From Dicyema japonicum (lineage: Eukaryota; Animalia; Dicyemida), in assembly GCA_011109175.1 (NCBI GenBank), contig RDEW01000004.1, forward strand, positions 1,415,067 to 1,479,066: a stretch of 64,000 nucleotides of DNA, given 5' to 3'. This document shows, piece after piece, positions 39,951-53,041 of this stretch (positions are counted from its first letter, which is position 1; every line of letters starts with the position of its first letter). Below the pieces are notes generated by a model. It was given only the letters and a program-made list of their open reading frames with translations, was not told where the DNA came from and did not search any database. The translations under genes were made by a program, and so were the position numbers.

Positions 39951-40063
39951 TATATGACCATTTACTCTCTTTTCTTTCCTAAATAAAATATACGAATATT
40001 AATTTTAAATATATATTTCAAATAAATAAAAAAAGAATATATTAACTGTAATAACGTTGCTCC

Positions 40064-40508
40064 ATGCTGTTGACTAGACTTTGTTTCAGAAAAAATTCAT
40101 TGATGTATGTCTTAATTTAAATTCTTGAAGGCGTATTATTCTCAATACAAGATGTTTTCAAAGTGATGAAGGTGGGAGATCTGTAGTTAATTCTTTTACA
40201 GGAGATATATTTTCTGGGGATTATTTGAGAGTTTTATTTTCAATTTAAAATTCTCAGTTATCAAATAATCTTTTTGTCTCGTTCAGAGATTATGAAGGCA
40301 AACGGTACATTAATATCAGAAGATATTCTATAGTAGATAACGATATTCGTCCGACTAGTAGGGGTATTTGATCATATTAAAGTTTTTTGTAGGAGTTTAC
40401 ATTAATTGTGATAATTGGAAAAAGTTGAAGTCATTCATGGAAAAGATTGGTGATGACTTTAATCTACCGGAGTCAAACTCGGAAAGCGACGAAGCAACCG
40501 AAAATTAA
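40064..40508 (+). CDS. PC4 (SUB1)-fold ssDNA-binding protein with putative mitochondrial presequence, copy 1 (120 aa, 4 exons)
   Basis: Introns 40105-40130, 40231-40257 and 40364-40392 give an open frame. The domain LRLSNNLFVSFRDYEGKRYINIRRY..RPTSRGVYINCDNWKKLK matches the PC4 pattern. Confidence 0.8.
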
Positions 40509-40584
40509 ACCTTTATTTGTGGATGTTTTGGTTTATTTAAACTTTCTTTCTTTAAAATTACTGCTATGCTTTTTGAGGTAGGTT

Positions 40585-42560
40585 TTTCAACAATTAGTTA
40601 ATTTATCCCAGTTTCACTAGCCAGTAAGAGGCTGGTGGCCTTGCTTGGTGCTTCCATAACTTTCTGAAATGAGTAGGGGGAAAAACCAGTGAGAATCTTT
40701 ATTAAGAGGGAAGTAAATAGGTTAACATGGGTGGACTAAAAATAAAAATTAATACACTTTGAAAAACCCAGAGCTTATCACAAGAAAGAGGACAGGAGTT
40801 ATCGTACATATCATGCTTTCTCCTGCGGTTAGTTCGGAATCCTAGATTAAGCTCCACAAGGGGAATGTTTCTTCTCGTATTTCGGGCAGGTGTTCGGATA
40901 TAGTTTGATTTCCGGTTTGATGGGACGTTCGGTGCCGTTCCGTAAGGTATTCTATGATTGAGGAGACGTTTAGTGTTCTCCGTAGTAACGACGTGGACGT
41001 CATTTTTGACGATCTCAATAATATTCTGTGACATCCCTGTTTTAACACTTCCAGTTTACTATGTGCTGATAGCGGGTCAATGTAGCACAAACGAAGTTGG
41101 CCCACACGATCGTTGATGAAGTTAGCCAACCATAACTTAAATTTAGGGGGATCGACGTCATGAAAATTTTTGCGGTAAGGATCTTCCGGAATACTGAATC
41201 AAAATCCACTGAGACCAGCTTAGTTCTCTTATGTGGATTTGGAGTATTGAGGCCGTCGGAAATGAATTTTAAAAGTTTTGTTGAGTTGCTGTTTTGATTC
41301 CTTCGCGGAATACATGTAAATTATATGTAACTGTTACGAAAGGATGGATCTTGAGAAGGACCAGTTTTTCCAACACGTGACAACGCACAGATGATGGATA
41401 CCGGTGGTAGGAGGATGGGAAGTTAGGTGGTTTGTTTTATTCAGGATAGGATGTATCAGTGATTTCTTCCATATTAACGGAATCTTGTTCTCGTTTATTG
41501 AGAGATTGAAATTCTGTTATTACCATTGTCGCAAAAGGATCCAAGTGCTTCAGTTCGGGAACGGAGATATTGGCTGAACCGCGGGACAACAAGTTATTCA
41601 TTTTTCTGAATTTTTAAATGCACAATAGACGGGTCGAAGAAATTTATGTTGGAACATTTATTCTTTCAAACATGGCCTGAACGAAGATACGGGACTTTTG
41701 AATGTGGTTTATTATTGATATTCACGTAGTATTTCATAAAGTTATTTGGATTTGGACATAACTCTCGATGTCCAAATAAATATGTAGAGCATTTCTTAAG
41801 CCTCCTGATTGATTTCCATAATACAATTAAAGAAGTATTATTCGTAGTTTTTCTCAGCACTGCTTCACAGCGTTCTTTGTTGTGTTTTATGTTGTTCCGC
41901 ATTATTTCCTTAGTTTTGATATCCTTTCAGTGACGTCCACTGATTGTCTTTTGACTTTCTGTAGATTATTTCTCGTTTGGATGAGATCTTGTGTTTCAGA
42001 ATCAATTGAATGTGAGGGACGTAGATGGCTACCCGTCGAATGAATCCTTTGCGAGCTCAATAATTTAATGTGAGGGACGTAGATGGCTACCCGTCGGAAT
42101 GAAATCCTCTATCCAAAAACAGTAAGGGCGTTGTTCAATAAAGTATGTGAATGCGAACCACACTGCACGTGAAAAGTGATAATTGTTCTTGGAGTATGCA
42201 TTAACTTTTGTTTTTGTGCAATTCTCATAATGATTGGGTTATGGTCAGTGTGTAACATTCCAAGAAATGACAGCCGCAAAATAATGAGCAGCTAAAGAAA
42301 TTTCAGCTGAAGTAGGTGGGTCAACCCAACGAGACGGGGTCCTTGTGTGTTACTTGGATCATTGAGAATGATCAAGTCGCCAAAAATGCTTGATATGAGA
42401 GCTCCCTGTAGATCCAGTCGTTGGTTAGCATACCACGAAAACCCTGCGGTTACGTCATCTCTAATTAATCGCTTGAGCCGTTGGGACATGACAATGAAGG
42501 AAGAATGTACATATTGACGATTGTCAATCGGAGTGAAAGTAGACGAATTCTCAGAGTTAT
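40585..42560 (-). mobile_element. Vingi-like LINE, decayed, tail-to-tail with PC4 copy 1
   Basis: APE remnant (LIILNDPSNT) and RT-adjacent remnants; 3' end ..CTTACTGGC..ATAAATTAACTAATTG; internal duplication at roughly 42010-42105. Confidence 0.6.
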
Positions 42561-43019
42561 TTGATCCATTATGTCATCCTGGAGAAGGAGTCTGAAATGT
42601 TATCCGAATTAATTTCTAATTGAATTATATAAAATTCCATAGACGAAGTAAGAAAATTTATTTTAATTTTAGTTATTATAAAGTGCCATTATCAGATTTT
42701 ATTAATTTTCATCTTGGAGTCTTTAAAAATTAGATTTTTCTCGATAAAATTCGGAACACTTCCAGCTATAACTTTTCTCTTAGTCACCTGTTTTCTTCAC
42801 TTGAAGGAGCCAGAGTGAATAATTCAAAAAATCAAATTTAAAGAAACCAACGTGAAATTATATAACAATGAGCTATTAATGAACTACGACAAATGGATTA
42901 AAAATAGATTTTTTCTATTTGAATAATACCATAATGAAATTTTTTAAATGTTATATTGTGTTAAATATTGATTAAATCGATAATTTACCTTATTTCCCCA
43001 CCCTTTCTTTTAATGGGTT

Positions 43020-43465
43020 TCATAGGTCTCTCAACAAGACATGGAACAACTCGAATCGTTTTACAGAGGCCAACTAAGAAAACTCCGTAGATATTCTTAG
43101 CAAAGAAAATCTCAATAATAAATTATACAGACTGACTGGTTGTGGACCAATAAGTCTGAACATACTTGAAGCCCGGCTGGCGCCTTCATGCAATACCTCC
43201 ATGATGAATTTTTCGGCCATACTGAATCTTCTACATTCATAGGACGTCCAAGAAGTTCTTTCCAGGACACTTGCGGAGGATTATGCTGTGATCGGGGGCC
43301 GACTGATGGATGCAGATGATCTGGACGAAATCAGGAGGCGAGCAAAACGACGAAAAGGATGGAGAAGGCTAACGGCAAGAATAGTCGAAAAACATGACAC
43401 AAGCGAAACCATAAACAGAGTTTACTGGTAACGCGGATGTGCTTTAACTTAACAAGGTCTCTCAG
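43020..43465 (+). mobile_element. RTE LINE 3' fragment
   Basis: LESFYRGQLRK..NNKLYRLT..GRP..DDLDEIRRRAKRRKGWRR, then a GCGAAACC..GTGCT(TTAAC) tail. Confidence 0.7.
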
Positions 43466-43989
43466 TGTCGCCTCCTCAGAAAGGAGAGTGGGGATGGATG
43501 AGTTATCATCTTGCATGTGTCGTGTGGTTTTACGCCTGAGAGAGTTTATACTCTCTACCTCAAAGAGGGAAGGGAAAATCTCCAGGTAACAAGCATATTA
43601 AATTATCGGCACAATAAATTGAGGATAGAGTTTACTGATATAATCTGCTGATGGGAGAAGGTTTTTCTTTATGAAAACCTTTAGAACGTTCCACTTTCGA
43701 ACCCCGTTGGTTAACACTTCCTCCGCGTGACTTTAAACGTCATTGGAGAGTCGAAAGTTACTCAAAGGATAATTGAAATTAAGAATATAAATTCAAATAT
43801 ATACCTTATATTTAGGCTTACCACTTTATTATTATAGAAATCCTGGACATTTATTGATTTTGATAATTAAAATCCGGGACTTTCCGGGACAAAAAAAATT
43901 CACAGAAAACAAGAAAATTTAATAGTCAGAAAATTGCCTTTAAATACTACGAACCATTAAGTTTCCTATTAGTCACAAAACCTCTTTTT

Positions 43990-46435
43990 TTCTTTTTTAT
44001 AGGGAGAGACTGGAATTCAAAGGCAGGAATTAAACGCAGAGGTGAACGTTGCATTGGTAATCTCGGAAGAGGATATTGAAATTCTGGAAATTTTATGATT
44101 AACTTTTGTAATACCTACGATTTGTTTCTATGCAACACGGCCTTTCTGCACGTCGCCCGACACAAGACCACCTGGGTAGGTTGTAGAAACAAACAAAAAT
44201 GGAGAGGAACAAAAAATATTCAATCATTGATTATATTTTGTGCAAGCAGTCGCACAAGAGATTATTAATGGACTTCCGTTCGTATGAAGGAGCATTGACA
44301 AATAGCAATCACAAGATCGTAGTCTGTCGGTTGAATCTGAGCAGGCTTTATGGAATGTTATATGCGAATCATGCACGTCCCAAAAAAACACAGATGATAG
44401 CGGGAGAAGAATTAGTAAATAATCCTGCACTCCTCACGAGATACCAGCAGCAAGTATCTATCCAATATTTCTATTGATGGCCTACCCCACATCGTGTGGA
44501 AAAGAATCTCTGAAGCCAATATGATGACTGCCTAAGAAACAGTTGGGATTCGCGAAAATACTATGAAAGAAAGATATAAAGGAGCATATAACTCGACAGT
44601 CAATGAATTGTCTATCCGTCAACAAGATAAATATTTCAAATTGAAACTTGTGATCCTGAACAAAAATCCGAATTAAAAAAATTGCGGAATACAATCCAAC
44701 ACGAAATTAAGAAGTATGGCTGTGCGTTTACTCAAGCGAGGGTCAGCTAAAACCAATTAAAAAATTCAAGATGAGTTCGCTCACTTTGTATTGGACGCTA
44801 ACCGTTCTGCTAGACTTATAGCCAACACTTTAGCAAGCAGTTCAATCGGGAGATACTATACTTCTCATACAATTTGAAGGACAGCCTCGTTCACTTAATA
44901 GTGCGTTTACGGATTCTGAGATTCGCGGAGCACTCCTTCGCCTGAATAACAACAGAGCAGCTGGCTATGACAATATTTGTGGGGGTTGTTAAAATACGCA
45001 CCAACCCAGCTAGCAGAAAAGATAACTTTCATATTCAACGAGATATTCAGGATTCATTGTTCAATTGACATCGCGATGGGAGTTCTACTTTTTACAAAAA
45101 CCTGGCAAACCTGCAGGTCCAATTGAAAATCGCAGGCCGATCGTGCTTTTGACTACTTTGCAAAAAAACATTGTCGATTACAACATTGAATCGAATATCA
45201 AATTCAGTTGACCAATACTTGTCACCAAGTCAAAGCGGATTCAGACCAGGAAGATCAACCGCTGATATTGTATGGAGTCATCGGTGGCTTACGGCAATAT
45301 GTCAGAAGTACAGAAAAACAATGTGTATTCTGGGAGTCGACATATCGAAAGCACTTCCGAGATAAACTATTGTAAATTCTCAAAGACATAATTGATGAAG
45401 ACTGTTTGAGGATTGTGCGTTTTTTGCTGACTGACACGAGCCTCATGGTGAAAGTAGGGAAGGGCTATTCGGAAAAATTCATGACCGGGATTGGTATTCC
45501 GCAAGGGACTCACTTTCGTCAGTTCTCTTTGCAATCTATTTGGAAGCTGCGTTGAGGGACGTTAGAAAAGAATTGGGTCACTTAAATAATCATTTTGTGG
45601 AATAAATATATTCTGATGACATCGATTTTGTGTCTAAGGATGTGGAGGTACTAAGAACTGTAGTAGATAAAGCCACAACAGTTCTGGAGAGATGGTCTTT
45701 GAAGATCAATTCAAAAAACGGAGTTAACTTCGATTCAGCGATTACCGACGGATTGATGAGAAATGGAGTTTTACTAAAAGGCTCGACTCGTTTTCGGGTA
45801 ATGCTGAGGACATTGCTCGCAGAAAGATGTTGGCATCGTGTGCACTGAAAAAGATGTGGAGTATGTGGATTCGCAGAAAACTTATCTCTTTAAATCTTCG
45901 GATGCGCTTATATAACGCGTTCATACAACTAATCCTATTATACGACTCGGGAACATGGGGAACATCAAAACGGACCTTGACAGACTAGACACATTTTATA
46001 GAAATCAATTGAGAAAAATTGCGGGAATCAAATGGCCACAGATTATCAAAAACGGCACTTTCTACAATTATGTAAATGCAAATCGATAAGCAGAGAATTA
46101 ATTACCTCACACTGGCGACTTTTCGGACATGTTCTGAGAATGGACAAAGTGATTCCTTGCAATCAAATCATGGAAGATTACTATTCAAATCACGGAATTG
46201 GATTTCGGGGTCGGCCAAGATGTACGCTTCCCTCTGCCTGAATAACGATTACGCATGAATTGGCTGTCAACTCAAAACTGGAAACCATCTTGAGGATATT
46301 TTGTAAACGCGCGAGAAACAGAGCTAGATGGAGAGGGCTGACTAGAAGGATAGTCAAGTGTACGGCACAAGCGAAACCCTAGCATTTTACGTACTTATGG
46401 CAACGCGGGAGTGCTATTAACTAACTAACTAACTG
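43990..46435 (+). mobile_element. RTE LINE (family B), APE remnant plus RT and 3' end, disrupted
   Basis: GDWNSK, NTAF..HKTTW, IDYIL, QSGFRPGRSTAD, GIPQG and YSDDIDF; (TAAC)n tail at 46418-46434. Confidence 0.9.
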
Positions 46436-46799
46436 GCTATATCATTCATAAGTCTCATATTCGCGACAAAGCGGATTCACTGTTACAATATAATCTTATT
46501 TAGTAATGGATAAAACAAGGAAATTTTTTATAATCTTAAAATTAAAGTCAGAATAATGTTATAAGCTAAAAATAAAATTCAACAAATTACAGTTAAATAT
46601 TTCAAATCCGATACAAAATTCTCAAATCCTTCACAATTGCGTCAGATTAAAAAAGCATCAAGTTCAAAATATACTCATAATATTTTATTCGTAAGTTTCT
46701 TGGGCAACCGATGGGTATATGGCTATAATCGGAAAATATTGTGGAATTAGAGTAACATTAAAAGAATAGAAAAATTGAATTTTTATTAATACAAAATAA

Positions 46800-47125
46800 C
46801 AAATAGGTCATACAGCGGCAGGCCCGACTGCATGGCTATTCCCTCTAAGAGTGGCAATGGCAAATGTGATTCGTTCAAATAACCAGCAGCACTCACGGGG
46901 ATCTCCCGTGAGTGTAGAAATCCGATTCTCCAGAGGACTCAGAGGGGAACCAGACGTTTAAACGCGAGCGAAATAAACAAAAAATCATCAGGTAAGAACA
47001 CGTACTTTGCTCGTTTTGACCTCTCAGCCTTCTAAGCCGCAGATCAGGCTCTATAAGCACTCCTATGTAGAATCCCAAATATAGAGCATATTGTTGATCT
47101 TCACTAAAGTCAAAGGTCACATTAA
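46800..47125 (-). mobile_element. CRE-like LINE 3' fragment
   Basis: AKYVFLPDDF..ECCWLFERITFAI..LRGNSHA. Confidence 0.75.
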
Positions 47126-47424
47126 CAAGCTCTTAATAAAAAATACTATCATTTATAACGTTATTACGAGGGAGATAAATTATTGTTAGGAACGGGGGCG
47201 ATACGAAAAAAAAGTATAGATTAACACTTATCTAAATAATGAAAAAAAGATAAGATTCTAATGGTTTACATCAGATTAAATTCGGTCTTACTCATGAATC
47301 GGCCACTTTTTCTAAAATCAAAAAATGTTGAATTTGAAAGATTTTACTGCATATTTAATAATAAAAGTTAAAATAATAAATAATAAACCCGCACGTATAC
47401 CAATAAATATCAATTAGGTATATA

Positions 47425-48703
47425 TCAGACGAATTCAAAGACAAATCTGATAGTTTTGGAATTCCAAAATGAATAGGAATTGTCGAAAACAAATAAATAG
47501 TTGGATTTCGGGAATCCTTTAGTAATTTTGTGTTGTCCACAAATTATAAATTCATTTGATCGACATCTTTTGTTTTGGAGAATTTCAAAAATCATCTTTC
47601 CATCAGCCAAATTGTGAATGTCTAAAAATAGGTTGCACAAAAACCATCATCTGCAATTTCAGAGAGTTCTTTAGTCACAAATAAAACTCCGAAATTAATG
47701 TCGTGTTTCACAGTAGCAAAACTCCATTTTATAAAATTCGCATTTTCAGGGACAAAAAATCTTATCTAAAAATAATTCCAAAGCCAAACCGTAACACGAG
47801 TGCCTGCCAAAATTGTTAGCATTTTTGGTTCAGAAGATTTAACAAATTCTCCAACATTTTCCCTAAGCCAGGTTTCTGTCTTTTCCAGATTGACTTCAGA
47901 GAGTAATTCTAAACCTATAAAATATCAAATTCGTAGACAAACTGCTATTTGTCGGATTTTCAGGAATTTTTTTATTTTGTCTGGCTTCAATTTTTTCTTT
48001 GAATTTAATGTCCATTATTTGCTTAAAGTGTTGCGCTTGCAATTTTTCAATCAAGGCGGTTTGCTAGAGTAATGGAATGAGGTACCATTGCATCATCGTT
48101 TGGAAAGACTTGAGCTGCATATTCTTTATACTGATTAATCGTAGCAATTTTCAAATTGTCCCGAATTTCATTCCTAAGTTTATTAAGGTTAAAATACAGT
48201 TCATTTTGCGTGAATTCTTTATATAGAAGATCATTACTGAGAACATTCTCACGGATTTTTGAACTATGCACGTAAAATTAAAGCAGACTTTGATTCTTTT
48301 ATAATTTTTGAAAATTCTTCTGACTTTTTCATTACGAATTGAACGTATTTACTTTTGGCTTCTTGTAAGCTTATTTCTCCCAAAGTGATCCACTGAGATC
48401 TGAAATTATTTTTTAAACGTACTTGATATCATGACCCAAATAATCGAAAAATCCAATTTTATCGGCATTATCAACAGAATACACTCCACAGTGGATTCGT
48501 TTGTTTAATCCCAGGATGTATACTTTCTCAGTATAACTCGCTTTCAAGGTTTTCCCATTGTCATCTAATAACATTTATCAAGCACTGTTTTTAGTTGGAT
48601 ATATATAGTTTACTTGCTTCTAACCTTTTACGAAGTTATAAGCTAGGTCATAATAGGAATCTAAATCTTGATCGCAAATATCATTTTCGGGTGACACTGC
48701 CAT
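47425..48703 (-). CDS. ACBD3: Golgi resident protein GCP60 / acyl-CoA-binding domain protein 3 (ACB, Q-rich and GOLD domains)
   Basis: YDLAYNFVK..SYTEKVYILGLNK..IGFFDYLGHDIKSQWITLG, QYKEYAAQVFP..QTALIEKLQAQH and WSFATVKHDINFG..YLFVFDNSYSFWNSK. All exons were traced in frame. Confidence 0.92.
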
Positions 48704-48879
48704 ACTAAATTAGTAATGATTATTTTTTTATTCAAATTAATGAATTTATTTTATTTTGAATATTAATAATAAAAATATTCTTAATTTTTTAATCAACCGT
48801 AAACGATTGTCAAAATATCATGAATAAATAATAAGCATTCCAAAAATATATGCACCTACATCTCCAAAAGTCTCTAAAA

Positions 48880-50330
48880 ACCCAACGGAACTGGATGACT
48901 TTTACAGTTCACTATCCACAACCCTTATAGAAATATCCACGAGCTATCTACTTTACATAAGTGGAGATTGGAACGCGAAGGTCGGAAAAAGGGCCCGAGA
49001 ACTGAGCTTCATGGGTACCCATGGGAGAGGTCGGAGGAACATGTCTGGAGCAACTATGGCCAACTTCGCGATTAATAAACAATTATTCAATTGCAACACA
49101 GTATTCCAGCACGCTGCAAGGCATATCACGACCTGGACTGGAGAACGCCGAGACTCAGATGGACATCTAATCAAAATATATAACCAAATTGACTACATTC
49201 TGTGTCGACAATCACAGAAAGTCCTACTCTCAGATGCCCAAACATATGGAAAAACGCTAACATCGAGAAACCATAAACTATTGGTAATCAAACTTCTCCT
49301 AAAGAAAAGATTTTGGATAAACAGGGTCAAAAACACACAGAGAAGTTAGATACGCAGTTGAACTCTTAAGAAACAACCCTGTCCACCGAAATAACTATTC
49401 AGCTAAAATATCACAAACCATAGAACCGATCAATCTCAATATACCTGCTGGAGGTTTATGGAATAAACTCGTAACAAAATAAAATCAGTGGCTAATCACA
49501 CTATTGGGACAATTCCCAAAACCTTCAAAGGAATACACGACTCACATATAGATCACCTCTTCTATTTACAAAAAGATCTACGTATAAAATGCATGAACAC
49601 CCACAACCAAGTGAAAGTAACTGAGTTCAAAATCCAAAGAAACAAAATTATGCGAGAAATCAATAAAAAAAGTCAGATAAACCACGAAACAGAGCTACAA
49701 AACCTTACAAATAAAGTAGGAAAGTACAAACACGAAGTACAAATGTATGCATCTGTAAAGATGCTAGTGCGAAAGAAGAAATCTGAAAATCTAAATGTTC
49801 ATGATAAACTAGGAAGAACCATTTATAACAACCAGGAACGCACGTACACCATAGCTGATCACTTCGAAAAATATTTCAATTTTGAAAACGAAGAAACGCT
49901 TTATCCGATTGATGGAGTCCCCAGAAAACTATCACCAGAAATAACTTTAACAGATGTTAAAAGGCTGTGACCAGACTAAACAACTCAAAAGACCCAGGCC
50001 CAGTTAATGTTAATGCAGAGTTCATAAATACGCTCTGAAGAGTTTCTAAAACTCATTACTCAAATCCTGAACAAAACTTTTGAGGAACACTCCAGAATTA
50101 ACATCGGAATCGGAAAATTAATCCCCTTACATAAAACGGGGAAGGAAAAAGGAAAGTTAAACAACTTAAAACCAATCATACTACTCAACTCTGCGCAAAA
50201 TTTTATCGATAATTGCTCTGGACAGAATAAAAGCCCCACTACGTAGATTCATCGGAGCTAGCCAAAATGGATTTGTCTCTGGAAGATCAACTTCTGATGC
50301 CGTTTGGAGCCACAAATAGATAATCCTTCC
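48880..50330 (+). mobile_element. RTE LINE 5'/central fragment (APE to start of RT)
   Basis: NTVFQHAARHITTWTG..NQIDYIL..RNHKLL and LKPIILLNSARKILS..QNGFVSGRST. Confidence 0.85.
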
Positions 50331-50499
50331 CTCGTAGCATTGAGTTGCTAGAATTTCAAACACGCCAGGTAACATAGTGATTACTTTGTTACTAGAGCTG
50401 CATTTAGCTATGGGTTCAATTTCCACACCTCTACTTACGTGGTCGAAGTATTTCCTTTAATTGCTAGAAACGTTATTGAATTTACTTAACAAAAAAGAC

Positions 50500-51900
50500 G
50501 TCACTTAAAAAAAGGACACTATCTTCTCTTCCCTACTCGAGTGGAGAGGTTTTCATAATTTCGGATACATGGAAGAACGTGATGCTGGGAAGGGATACAA
50601 AAATTCGATTCATTAAAGATGTACAGGTCAAGTTAGCCGACTATGGTCTCTCTAATTGTGTAGAATTTAATAAAGACTGGCTTACCAAAGACTTCAACCG
50701 TCAAAACAATGATTCAACGGCTCAATAATATAAAATAGTCATCTTCCAATGTCTAAAATTATCAGACCTCGCAGGACTCACCATTCAAACGGACCAAGAA
50801 CATATACAAGTCTATAGTTCTCTCATCTAAGACGTAATCAAAAATGCTCTAAATTCTCCTATAGGCCTTGATGGACTATGTATCCTTCGTTTGAAACATC
50901 TTCCCCGACAAACTTGATGCACTCAAAGACATCTTTTCCATAAATACATGCTACATTAATAATGCGGAATAATTCGATCATCATACCTATCTTCAAAGCG
51001 AGAAAAAAATACTTCTGAGCTTTTGTCTTTACACAAATATGCCTTGAGATTTATAATGGGATTTTTAAAATTTATTCATGTCGATCACTTATACTAGAAG
51101 ACCTGTTGGGCGACCACTTTGGAATGCGAAGCTTACAATATCTTCAATAATCACTTGACCCTAACCACACAGCATATCTGTATAATCCTCACTGATTTTC
51201 AAAAAACATTGGAAAAAATACGGCCTTTGATGACAATAAAATACTGGAATGTAGATTTCTTGAGATCAGCGCTTCAGAATTGCTGTATTATACACGGCTT
51301 AGTCATATTTATACACAGAGATAGAATTAAAGTTCGAGATATCTTGGCGTTCCATGGATCACTAGGACTTGATGTGAAAGTGGAAGATCTTAGGGAGCGA
51401 ATGAACTTAACCAAATATCATCACGAAGGAATGTTTTGCATCATCTTGACGTTCACGTACGACGTTTCCTGGAATTTTTTAATTGTGGTCTGATGCTGGT
51501 AAAGAAAGTACATAAGTTCGGCAAAGATATTAATGATCTGAGGGTCTCTCCACCAACCACCGCTAAATTATATAGCCAATAGTGCTAAAGTGATCGTAGT
51601 CAATAACTTTTATCCGTTCTTCACTGCAAAAAGTTATCCACAATTCATGAAGTCGACAACAGTCATAAATCCTAATTTCGAGTAGATGCCTTCTACTCGA
51701 ACGACAATAAATTTTCTAAAGGCGGTCAAATTTCCATTCCTTCTCAAAAAACTCCTTCCGATATTTTGAAAATTCCTCGAAATATGAACTAAGCCCCATG
51801 CATAAAAAAGAGAGGTATGTGATGGCCTTCCTAGCAGGTACCTCCCCTTGTCGGTCTGGGGTTTTTCTTTAACTCAGTGATCCTGGGTAATAAAATAATT
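50500..51900 (+). mobile_element. Highly decayed Vingi-like LINE
   Basis: SPIGLDGLCILRLKHL remnant; the 3' end TTGTCGGTCTGGG..CAGTGATCCT..GTAATAA is shared with 63800-63895. Confidence 0.5.
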
Positions 51901-52669
51901 AACATTGAGCTCAGTCATATGTATACACGGCTTAGTCATATTTATACACGAATCAATTACAATATTTACTTGTCAGTATATCAAAGTTCATATTTTGGGC
52001 GATCCATACATTTAAATCCATTTAGGTCAACATCAAGAAGATCTATTTTATCATTCTTAATTATACATCCCTCCTATCTCTTGTCAGAATAATTACGTGC
52101 TAAACTCCCATTCCTTTTTTGTAATTGAACCAGTTATTCCTTACCGAAACGTAAATGCCAACCATCCAGCCTGGATAGTTTTCAGAAAGTTGAGTCAACC
52201 AGGATTTGAGTTTTTACCGAAGAGAAGATATACTGTGTCTCATAAATTAATCCCGTAGTCTTACTTTAAAGTCAATATTGGTTCATTACCTTTGGGTTTT
52301 CTTAACTTTAAGTAGTGTTTTGAGTTTAATGGTTAATAAAAATTCTCTAAGATTTCACAAAATATTAAAGATTTGATAATTCTGAACGAGTTTGATGTGT
52401 ACGCATCAAGACATTAAATAAGCAAGAAGATTTTCGGAACGGAGATTTAATTTATGATAACGACCTTGCTATTCATCTTTCTCACTTTGAGCGCTAACAA
52501 TTATGTCTACCTACTAACGTTACAGATATTTATTTAATGGCGTTCCCCTTCTGACAACCCTGTCCCCAATTTTTGAAAACTGTTACATCATTTTTCCACA
52601 ACCGCTTTCTTAACATTTTTTCCTCTGCAGATTGGAAACTCTGACAGATGTCGCTCCTCCAAGGCAGGA

Positions 52670-52930
52670 CCACACTTATTTTTTAATCAAAGAACAGTTA
52701 TGCAAACTAATCGTAGAGGAGAACTAAGGAATGCTCTTTATTTCTTTTTTTGGTGAGTCCATTAGACGATCAATTCTGCAGAGAGATGTTCACTGTGACA
52801 ACGTCATTCGTCAAAACAAAGCATCTCGGATGCGTGGACCTTCAGTCGAAATGTACAGCAGGGAGATTTGAACTAGGGGCCATCAGGCCTTTTGTTTGGC
52901 ACTTGTTACACAGCACTACCCGGCCAAGTT
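52670..52930 (-). mobile_element. Divergent SINE1 copy
   Basis: Collinear with the SINE1 body (AAAGAACAGTTA..CTAATCGTAGA..AAGGAATGCTCT..GATGCGTGG). Confidence 0.65.
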
Positions 52931-53041
52931 ATATATCCAACTATCAAGCAACTAAAAATTAATATTTTTTATATAGAATATTAATTATAATATTTATTTC
53001 AAATTAATAATATAGGAATAAATTATCCGTATCGTTGTATC

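Noticed and set aside
39880-39960. HDV-like ribozyme at the 5' end of the Vingi-like LINE
   Set aside because: A 7-bp P1-like pairing (GGCTGCC/GGTGGCC) exists, but P3/L3, P1.1 and J4/2 could not be built by eye.
46890-46913. Perfect 11-bp hairpin CACTCACGGGA-TC-TCCCGTGAGTG
   Set aside because: It lies within the coding remnant of a CRE element, and the other CRE copies lack the perfect symmetry, so it is probably chance.
4812-48703. Reassigned stop codons (ciliate-type code), suggested by the tiny introns
   Set aside because: RBBP5, POLD2 and ACBD3 translate without in-frame TAA/TAG/TGA once introns are removed, and genes end on all three stop codons.
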